Shown piece by piece: positions 1 through 6,492 of a DNA stretch of 64,000 nt. The stretch's first letter is position 1. Every line of letters begins with the position of its first letter. The DNA is from an uncultured Alphaproteobacteria bacterium (GTDB lineage: Bacteria > Pseudomonadota > Alphaproteobacteria > Rs-D84), in the NCBI GenBank assembly GCA_944390125.1, contig CALXOX010000001.1, forward strand, positions 206,990 through 270,989, given 5' to 3'. A program made the position numbers and the translations under genes. The notes below the pieces were generated by a model. The model searched no databases and was not told the origin of the DNA. It saw nothing but the letters and a program-made list of their open reading frames with translations.

Positions 1-280
1 GGATAAAACCTACCAACATGCCGGTACCTTTTTTTCTCAAGTCGTCCAAATTCAAATCACCCGGTTTACTAATATATCCCCATGCCCAACCTGCAATGAT
101 AAACGCAGCGCCAACAAAAGCCAACGTACGCAAAATTTTAAACACACCATACATCTGACCAATCAGCGCACACAGACCGTCATTACTTACACCACCAGCT
201 GCTGGGGCCGCCAATGCGACAGACGCACCCGCAAAAACAGTAATTACAGCAAAGCCTAATTTTTTTAATATATTCTTCAT
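1..280 (-). CDS. TrbC/VirB2-like type IV secretion pilin, partial (ATG at 278-280; C-terminus runs off the window)
   Basis: Not in the ORF track because it is truncated. Translation from 280 is MKNILKKLGFAVITVFAGASVALAAPAAGGVSNDGLCALIGQMYGVFKILRTLAFVGAAFIIAGWAWGYISKPG... It has a long signal peptide followed by two hydrophobic helices, like VirB2 (..ICTFILGPFGQSLAVLGIVAIGISWMFG..). AAGGGGA RBS lies just upstream. Minus-strand promoter: -35 TTGAAT at 328-333, -10 TAAAAT at 305-310. Confidence 0.45.
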   Translation of the reverse strand, partial: MKNILKKLGFAVITVFAGASVALAAPAAGGVSNDGLCALIGQMYGVFKILRTLAFVGAAFIIAGWAWGYISKPGDLNLDDLRKKGTGMLVGFI

Positions 281-399
281 AAAAATCCCCTTTCTTTTTC
301 TGTAATTTTATCATAAAAAATACGCTTATTCAAGCAACAACAACATATAAAAAGTGCCGCACAACTGGCAGCACTTTTTGATTTTCTATGTACACAATC

Positions 400-786
400 T
401 TACATAGCAGGAACGATAATATATCTGCGTTTCAGTACAGGCTGAGATTTTTCACAAGAATTACAAGATACTTTTTCAACCTGGCTGCATGCATTGCATG
501 AAACTTCCTGAGCTGCTGGAACCAAGATTTGACGATCCTGGCGAGGCGCCTGCCCAAACATATCCATAGCATACAAATCTTCGCAACGAGTATTACGATA
601 AACGATTTTTTTAGCGTTATCTATACCACCAACATAACGAGAGAAGTTACGACCATATTCACCAGCATAGTAAATACAATCTTGACCGTCTTGTGTGTAT
701 CTTACGCCACCCTTATAATAATCATAATATGCGCCGCAACCAGCCAAAGAAGTCAGTGCGATTACAGAAACCAGAACTTTTTTCAT
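400..786 (-). CDS. Lipoprotein, Tyr/Cys-rich, unknown function
   Basis: Track ORF 400..894. I prefer the ATG at 784-786 (M37), which has an AGGGG RBS and the lipobox MKKVLVSVIALTSLAGC. No family recognised. Confidence 0.6.
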   Translation of the reverse strand: MKKVLVSVIALTSLAGCGAYYDYYKGGVRYTQDGQDCIYYAGEYGRNFSRYVGGIDNAKKIVYRNTRCEDLYAMDMFGQAPRQDRQILVPAAQEVSCNACSQVEKVSCNSCEKSQPVLKRRYIIVPAM

Positions 787-890
787 ATTTCGTACCCCTA
801 AATTTAACTCTGTTATCTCTCTGACTTGCTCCCCGATTCGTGATTTAATTGTTGCACAAAAAATCTCATTGTCAAGTTGTATCAAAAAAA

Positions 891-2048
891 TCATGAAGGG
901 TCATACATTATCTTTCCCGACCCTGGGAAAGTAAAACATCCATTATCATCGCAAAATTTTGTTCCACTTGGGCCACGGTTCATATAACAATTACTTTTAG
1001 CAACTGCAGCACCTTCAGCACTTGTTGTTCCCATTGGACACTCTTTTTTACCTTGGCCAGGCAAACAATAATATCCAGCAGGACACTTTACAAAGTAAGC
1101 ATATAACTTTATCGGGTTATCAAGTCCATAAGACTCACTTGGTTCAGGAATTATATTTTTTTCTGGATTATCTGGATAAAATTCACCGGAACATCCCGCA
1201 CCACATACCCAATGATCAAAAATCGTATTACCAGAGCCAACAAAACCATTTCCTGGCTTTAATGCTTCGCAACCACCATTACCCATTTCGCATGAGCGTG
1301 TTGTATAAAGGTTTTCCATAGCAGAATCACGATAATACTCAACAGTATACAAAACCTTATTCCAGTGTCCGTATAACGTCGTGTCTTCAGTAAAGGTTTT
1401 ACTAGTAGTTCCTGTTCTTTCCACATAACCTTCCTCATTAAATCGACGGGTTCCACCGGTTTTGGCTGTATAGTAACCAACAAAATCTTGCCACCAGTTA
1501 AAACTTGGTATAACTCCAGGTCCATCTTCATCCCAAGGTCCATTCTTGTTTTTCGAGAAACCAACCCCATACTTTACATATGCCTCTTTGGGACTTTCTG
1601 CAAAATTAGTTAAATTTTTTTCCAAAGTTAAAGTAAAAACTGTAGGCTCACAAATATCTGAATTTGGTTCCGGGTACTCTTCCCCATATCCTTTTACACT
1701 CGTGCTATTAGAGTTATGAAACTCGGGACAATTAGCACAAACTCTACCTTTCCAATACTGATCAGCCTCACATGTAATCGTCCATGGACAAGAGTCTGTT
1801 GTATGACCAGCACTTTCCTCCCATTGCGCGCCATTCGGCTTTGTACAAGATTTACAAGAAACTGAAGTCCCATCATTATAAGTTCCCGACCCGCAAATTT
1901 CACATTTTTTTAAATCCGTTGAATAATAACATCCAGGTCCGCAATTATTATCTTCATCCGGGTTACCACAACTTGTGACTTGTCCGGCAAAAGCCCCACT
2001 AATCCCCAGAGCAACACAATAAAAAATAGAAAAAAATAAAACTCTCAT
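891..2048 (-). CDS. Cys-rich secreted protein with ephrin-receptor-like (GCC2/GCC3 or VSP-type) CxxC repeats and a Flg_new-like repeat
   Basis: Track ORF of 385 aa. Signal peptide MRVLFFSIFYCVALGISGAFA. Motifs KCEICGSGTYNDGTSVSCKSC and CPAGYYCLPGQGKKECPMGTTSAEGAA. FVGYYT..FTEDTTLYGHW resembles the Listeria-Bacteroides repeat. Promoter TTGACA (2101-2106), 16-nt spacer, TAGAAT (2079-2084) on the minus strand. Confidence 0.75.
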   Translation of the reverse strand: MRVLFFSIFYCVALGISGAFAGQVTSCGNPDEDNNCGPGCYYSTDLKKCEICGSGTYNDGTSVSCKSCTKPNGAQWEESAGHTTDSCPWTITCEADQYWKGRVCANCPEFHNSNSTSVKGYGEEYPEPNSDICEPTVFTLTLEKNLTNFAESPKEAYVKYGVGFSKNKNGPWDEDGPGVIPSFNWWQDFVGYYTAKTGGTRRFNEEGYVERTGTTSKTFTEDTTLYGHWNKVLYTVEYYRDSAMENLYTTRSCEMGNGGCEALKPGNGFVGSGNTIFDHWVCGAGCSGEFYPDNPEKNIIPEPSESYGLDNPIKLYAYFVKCPAGYYCLPGQGKKECPMGTTSAEGAAVAKSNCYMNRGPSGTKFCDDNGCFTFPGSGKIMYDPS

Positions 2049-2112
2049 CCAATAACCCTTAAAGCAAACTTTATTATTATTCTACACGTTTTGCATAAAG
2101 TGTCAATTCATT

Positions 2113-2140
2113 AAAAAAACCGGCATCAGCCGGTTTTTTT
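2113..2140 (-). terminator. Intrinsic terminator after lipoprotein gene 2139..2612
   Basis: CCGGC-AUCA-GCCGG stem-loop followed by a U run in minus-strand sense. It starts at the stop codon. Confidence 0.7.
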
Positions 2141-2612
2141 AGCGTTGTTTTTGTTGTTCTGTAAATTTTTTGTTTATCGTCCAACCTTTTGAAACATACC
2201 ACAAACTATCTTCTGGTACTTTAGAAGCTTCTCCCACCATAAAAGTAAAATCACCACGTGCTTTAAATCTAGGTGAATAATTCATTATTGTTTCCAGTGT
2301 AACTTTACGCAATGCGGTTATACTTGAGCTTGTAAAATTGCTCCAACTGCCCACAGGTACATAATATATGTCTCTTACTGTTGGATCATTTAAGTAGTAC
2401 AAAGCTAAATCACTTGGGCCACGATTTCCGTTTTCATCATCTTTATACAAGGTCCCCTCATTGCCCCATATATCGAAAGTTATCTCTACATCACGTGTTG
2501 GAACGATTGGTTCTTCTTTTTCACAACCGCCCATAAACAACGTTGCACCTGCCATACCCAGCATTGGTATCAGTCTTCTAATTTTATAAGGTACCACTTT
2601 TTTAAATTGCAT
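2139..2612 (-). CDS. Lipoprotein, unknown function
   Basis: Track ORF of 157 aa. Lipobox ATLFMGGC. GGGGG RBS 7 nt upstream of the ATG. No family recognised. Confidence 0.7.
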   Translation of the reverse strand: MQFKKVVPYKIRRLIPMLGMAGATLFMGGCEKEEPIVPTRDVEITFDIWGNEGTLYKDDENGNRGPSDLALYYLNDPTVRDIYYVPVGSWSNFTSSSITALRKVTLETIMNYSPRFKARGDFTFMVGEASKVPEDSLWYVSKGWTINKKFTEQQKQR

Positions 2613-2661
2613 TTCTGCCCCCTTTTTGTTGTCGCTTTATCAAAGACTTTTTTCCTGATAA

Positions 2662-2890
2662 AAGCGAAAAAGCCCGGAAAAAATCCGAGCTTTTTTAGTT
2701 GTCTGACACAAAAGCATTTGCAGAGGTCAAAAATTCAGGCGAAAAAACTTTCCCCAATTCTCCCCCCACGGCCGCAGCGCAACCACTGCATGGTGGCCAA
2801 TCGGGCGCACCCCCAGAAGAAAAAAGAAAAAAAGACTCCGTTCGAATCATACAGCCTCCACACAACACTTGTGTGTTGTTTGTTCGTTCA
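2662..2890 (-). ncRNA. Candidate ~230-nt GC-rich ncRNA or long leader with a tmRNA-like 5' segment
   Basis: Strong promoter (see 2897-2925). RNA sense contains GGAGGCUGUAUGAUUCGAACGGAG (compare E. coli tmRNA GGGGCUGAUUCUGGAUUCGACGGG). This is followed by a U-rich stretch and a GC-rich block (about 2740-2815) unlike the surrounding AT-rich DNA. A possible tag frame GCA AAU GCU UUU GUG UCA GAC AAC UAA lies at 2695-2721. The terminator GCUCGGA-UUUUUU-CCGGGC plus U run is at 2672-2690. Confidence 0.4.
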
Positions 2891-2896
2891 TCTTTT

Positions 2897-2925
2897 AATA
2901 TAAGACTAAAAAGTATCTTTGTCAA
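2897..2925 (-). promoter_or_regulatory. Sigma70-like promoter driving the 2662-2890 RNA
   Basis: Minus strand: -35 TTGACA (2920-2925), 17-nt spacer, -10 TATATT (2897-2902). Confidence 0.6.
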
Positions 2926-3026
2926 GTCATAACAAAAATACTAAAAAACTTTCCTATCAAAAAAATCAGACATTCAACAATGGATTATGCTATAATTTTC
3001 GTAATACTTTAATGAAAGGAATATAA

Positions 3027-3971
3027 ATGGATTATAAAGATTTTGGTTTAGCAAACACAAAAAAAATATTTGCAGACGCTTTGGCAAGACATTATGCAGT
3101 TCCAGCATTTAACTTTTATAACATGGAAACGTTGTCTGCTATTGTAAACGCCGCACATGATACCAAAAGCCCCGTTATCCTTGCGGTATCAGAATCGGCT
3201 TTAAAGTACATGGGTGAAGATTTATTACGCGGAATGATTTGGGGATTAAATTTAAAAGATTCTGATAAAGTCGCCCTACATCTTGACCATGGTTCTTCTT
3301 TTGAGTCTTGTGTAAACGCGATAAAACTTGGCTTTTCAAGTGTTATGATTGACGGCTCTAAATTACCATTTGACGCAAACGTTGCACTTGCAAAACAAGT
3401 TGCTGATTATGCACATCAGTATGATGTATCCGTCGAAGCAGAACTTGGCGTTTTATCAGGTATTGAAGATGAAAATACAAAATCAGAAACATCCAGTTAT
3501 ACCAATCCAGACGATGTAGTAAGTTTTGTAAATTCTACCAATATTGACTCCCTGGCCATTGCAATTGGCACAAGCCACGGTGCATATAAACGTAAATCAG
3601 ACGATGAAGAATTACGTTTTGATATATTAGATGCAGTTGCGAAACAGCTGCCAGATTTCCCATTGGTACTGCATGGGGCATCCAGCATTCCACAACACTT
3701 TGTAAAAACAATAAATGAATTTGGTGGCAAAATGTCAAATGCACGAGGTATCGCAGTTGACCAATTAAAACGCGCCGTTGAAAAAAACATCTGCAAAATC
3801 AACGTAGATAGCGATTCGCGGTTAGCATTTACAGCCGGTGTTCGCGAATTTTTGACAACAAAACCGGAAAACTTTAATCCACGCGATTATTTAAGTTTAG
3901 GTAAACAAAATATTTACAACAATTGCGTTGAAGAAATAAAAAATATTATGAATTCAGAAAACAAGTTATAA
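3027..3971 (+). CDS. fba: Class II fructose-1,6-bisphosphate aldolase
   Basis: Track ORF of 314 aa. Contains AVPAFNFYNMET, LHLDHG and GTSHGAYK, typical of the class II FBA/tagatose-bisphosphate aldolase family. AAAGGA RBS. Confidence 0.9.
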   Translation: MDYKDFGLANTKKIFADALARHYAVPAFNFYNMETLSAIVNAAHDTKSPVILAVSESALKYMGEDLLRGMIWGLNLKDSDKVALHLDHGSSFESCVNAIKLGFSSVMIDGSKLPFDANVALAKQVADYAHQYDVSVEAELGVLSGIEDENTKSETSSYTNPDDVVSFVNSTNIDSLAIAIGTSHGAYKRKSDDEELRFDILDAVAKQLPDFPLVLHGASSIPQHFVKTINEFGGKMSNARGIAVDQLKRAVEKNICKINVDSDSRLAFTAGVREFLTTKPENFNPRDYLSLGKQNIYNNCVEEIKNIMNSENKL

Positions 3972-3999
3972 AAAACGGCGATAATTTCGCCGTTTTTTT
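3971..3999. terminator. Bidirectional intrinsic terminator between fba and efp
   Basis: AAAAA-CGGCG-ataattt-CGCCG-TTTTTTT. Confidence 0.75.
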
Positions 4000-4010
4000 A
4001 TTTGAAAAAA

Positions 4011-4580
4011 TTATTTTGCACGTTCTACATATTCTAATGTTTCTGTGTTCACAACAATCTTTTCACCTTGTTCAATGAATAACGGAACCTGAACGCGTAC
4101 ACCATTATCCAAGATTGCAGGTTTACCGCCACTGCTGGAAACAGTCTGTCCTTTCAAAGCAGGCTCAGTTTCTTCAACCGTTGCAACAACAGTCTTTGGC
4201 AAAGAAATAGAAACAGGATTCCCTTCAACAAAATTGGCCTTTACCATCATTTCTGGGGCCAAGAATTTCATTTGATCACCCATTGTTTCCACAGGCATAG
4301 TAAACTGTTCGTAATTAGATAAATTCATAAAATATGCATCCGTACCATCTGAATACAAATACTGACAATCAAAATCTTCAACCGTCAATTTTTCAACTTT
4401 ATCTTCAGCACGCCAGCGGTCATTACCTTTATTACCTGAATCAATATCACGCAAATCAGCCTGAACGAACGCGCCGCCCTTACCTGGTTTTACTTTAGTG
4501 ATAGACATAACAGAATAACGTTTACCGTTATGAGAAATGACCCAACCTACACGCATATCATTTGCAATATATGAAGCCAT
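4011..4580 (-). CDS. efp: Elongation factor P
   Basis: Track ORF of 189 aa. Contains KPGKGGAFV, the conserved EF-P loop. Length and layout are typical. Confidence 0.95.
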   Translation of the reverse strand: MASYIANDMRVGWVISHNGKRYSVMSITKVKPGKGGAFVQADLRDIDSGNKGNDRWRAEDKVEKLTVEDFDCQYLYSDGTDAYFMNLSNYEQFTMPVETMGDQMKFLAPEMMVKANFVEGNPVSISLPKTVVATVEETEPALKGQTVSSSGGKPAILDNGVRVQVPLFIEQGEKIVVNTETLEYVERAK

Positions 4581-4639
4581 AACAATACCTCTTATTTTTC
4601 TGAGTTATTATAAGTTTACACTTCTCTAAGCGCAAGCAT

Positions 4640-5182
4640 TTATTGCGCCGCACGCTTATGTGCCCAATAACGATCAATGCTTTCCAGAATCAACTTATCT
4701 GCCGCCGCACGATCTGCCCAACCTTTAACTTTCGACCAAGAGTTTGGTTGCAAGTCTTTATAATGTTGAAAGAAATATTCAATTTTAGAACGCAATATTT
4801 CTGGCAACTGCTCTATATACTCTGTCTTCGTATAGAACGGGTCAATGTTATCACGAGGCACACAAATAATTTTTTCATCGCCACCGGCTTGATCTTCCAT
4901 CAACAGCGCTCCAATTGGACGAACTTCAATTAAAACACCTGGGCGCAAAGGCGCATTACATACAACGACACAATCCAACGGGTCACCGTCATCACCAAGA
5001 GTTCCCGGGAAATATCCATAATTCGCTGGATAAGCCATAGGTGTATGTAAAATTCTATCAACGCGCAGCAAGCCCGTTTCTTTATTTATTTCATATTTAA
5101 CATGACCATTTTCTGGGACCTCGATGATAGCATTCATCTTCTTTGGAGGTTCTTTTCCAGGTATAATTTCTTCTAAAGACAT
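4640..5182 (-). CDS. ppa: Inorganic pyrophosphatase (family I)
   Basis: Track ORF of 180 aa. Contains YPANYGYFPGTLGDDGDPLD. Promoter TTGCAA, 16-nt spacer, TAATAT lies just upstream on the minus strand. Confidence 0.95.
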   Translation of the reverse strand: MSLEEIIPGKEPPKKMNAIIEVPENGHVKYEINKETGLLRVDRILHTPMAYPANYGYFPGTLGDDGDPLDCVVVCNAPLRPGVLIEVRPIGALLMEDQAGGDEKIICVPRDNIDPFYTKTEYIEQLPEILRSKIEYFFQHYKDLQPNSWSKVKGWADRAAADKLILESIDRYWAHKRAAQ

Positions 5183-5568
5183 ATAACTAATCCTTTGTTT
5201 TGCGGCGCAATATTATCACAAAAAATCTAATTTGCAATTTTAAATCCAATAAAATAGTTATTTTATTCTTACGTACATCAACTTAGATACGATGGCAACA
5301 GAGACTTATAATGATGAAAAACCGAATGAAATATGTTTTTGTTCTTGAGAATTTTGTAATTGCTCTAGCACTTATTATAAGTTAGACGGTGCTTATTAGA
5401 AACGTCCAGAGAATAGAACTAGTTATGGCGTACATGTGGAATAACTAAATGTTTTATTCCTGCTGGTTGAACTGGCGGAACAGCTAGTACAGATACTTGA
5501 GTTTACGATTCAAATTATTTTTATTAGGAATAACGAAAAATCCCGCGATACGGAATTTTTTGTCAAAA

Positions 5569-6186
5569 TTACTCAGAATAATAGCAATTACCACCTTCTA
5601 AAATATAATCTCCTGTCACATCTTCAAAATACATTCCCCTTAAATCAGATTCTTGAATATAACAGTCTGTTATATCCGCATCTTTATTCGCATATTCGGT
5701 TAAACCGTGTGCCATACCACCTTTATCATCGTATAACCACGGGCATTCTTGACATTCATATATCATGAAGTCCGGTTCAGAGAGTCCATAATAGCCACTG
5801 CTACAAGCACCTTCGGTTTTGTTAAAAACATAGTCGCATCTGTATGTGCTAGAATTTTGCATTGTTATACTTTGTCGAGTTAATACACCGCTGCTGGTGT
5901 TTGAATAAGTCCAATCGCTTGTATAGTCATAGCATCCACAAAATTGACAAGCGGGGGCTCCTAGGTTAGTAATTGGCACCCGGTATGTTAGTGTGTCAGA
6001 AGTTTGAGACACAATGCAATATTCTGTAGTTTGATAATCACACATTGGACGTCCTATCAAGTGCGAGTATCGTAAACCCTCAGCTTTACAATTACAAACA
6101 ACATCAATGTATGCATAAGATGAGGTCGTAATTAAAGTTAAAAAAATTAGACTAATAAAACCAATAATAGTATTGAAATTTTTCAT
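5569..6186 (-). CDS. Small Cys-rich secreted protein (paralog of 29175..29786 and of the C-terminus of 891..2048)
   Basis: Track ORF of 205 aa. Signal peptide MKNFNTIIGFISLIFLTLITTSSYA. C-terminal module CSSGYY..CQECP..GLTEY..DCYIQ..DVTGDYILEGGNCYYSE is shared with 29175..29786. Preceded by structured leader copy 1. Confidence 0.75.
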   Translation of the reverse strand: MKNFNTIIGFISLIFLTLITTSSYAYIDVVCNCKAEGLRYSHLIGRPMCDYQTTEYCIVSQTSDTLTYRVPITNLGAPACQFCGCYDYTSDWTYSNTSSGVLTRQSITMQNSSTYRCDYVFNKTEGACSSGYYGLSEPDFMIYECQECPWLYDDKGGMAHGLTEYANKDADITDCYIQESDLRGMYFEDVTGDYILEGGNCYYSE

Positions 6187-6211
6187 TTATCAAACCCCTG
6201 TTTGTTTTTGT

Positions 6212-6421
6212 TAAACAAAAACCACCAAAATATGGTGGTCAGGAGGTTGATAACAATCTTACGAATTGCGTGACCTATTTTAATATTCAGCCACCCTCCT
6301 GACCCGAAAAAGCCAGGAGTGTATTTATCGTCGTAATAAAAAAAGCGCACCGCGCCCATAGGTATCTATTCCGACGCGTAAGAGAGGTTATCAAGCCCCA
6401 TCGCAGTAACCCACCGCGACA
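6212..6421 (-). promoter_or_regulatory. Structured 5' leader, candidate riboswitch/attenuator, copy 1 of 2
   Basis: Minus-strand RNA from about 6421 to the terminator ACCACCA-UAUUU-UGGUGGU-UUUU (6239-6217). Highly similar to 29808-30022, with helix-preserving differences. Mutually exclusive pairings of GUCAGGAG exist. Confidence 0.6.
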
Positions 6422-6427
6422 GTAATA

Positions 6428-6455
6428 ATTTTACGTAAACTTAAGAAAAAGTAAA
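6428..6455 (-). promoter_or_regulatory. Putative promoter of leader copy 1
   Basis: Minus strand: -35 TTTACT (6450-6455), 16-nt spacer, -10 TAAAAT (6428-6433). It lies directly after the dnaN terminator. Confidence 0.45.
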
Positions 6456-6457
6456 GA

Positions 6458-6487
6458 AATAAAAAAGCCCCTTTTCGGGGCCTTTCT
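6458..6487 (-). terminator. Intrinsic terminator of dnaN
   Basis: GGCCCC-GAAAA-GGGGCU followed by UUUUUU in minus-strand sense. Confidence 0.75.
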
Positions 6488-6492
6488 ATTTA

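Noticed and set aside
400-894. Long form (164 aa) of the first lipoprotein ORF, overlapping the stop of 891..2048
   Set aside because: The internal ATG at 786 has an RBS and begins a textbook lipoprotein signal peptide. The upstream 36 codons have no signal-peptide or domain character.
2839-2847. GTTCGAATC, a canonical tRNA T-loop sequence, on the plus strand followed by CAGCCTCCACA
   Set aside because: The flanking 5-mers (CTCCG and CATAC) cannot form a T-stem, and no cloverleaf or acceptor pairing exists in plus orientation. The match is the complement of the tmRNA-like 5' strand on the minus strand.
2607-2932. Three overlapping track ORFs (2607..2903 +, 2695..2925 -, 2699..2932 +) across the GC-rich block
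   Set aside because: They are mutually overlapping on both strands with no RBS, and one starts inside the -35 element of the promoter. The region is better explained as a structured RNA.
6187-6457. The two leaders as instances of a known riboswitch class (TPP, cobalamin, SAM, FMN, glycine, c-di-GMP, ZTP, fluoride, guanidine, T-box)
   Set aside because: I could not find the conserved cores I remember for these classes, for example CUGAGA...ACCUGA, the GCCACUG B12 box, GGCAAACC, or the T-box UGGUACCGCG. This is memory-based only. A covariance-model search is needed, so the class remains open rather than excluded.
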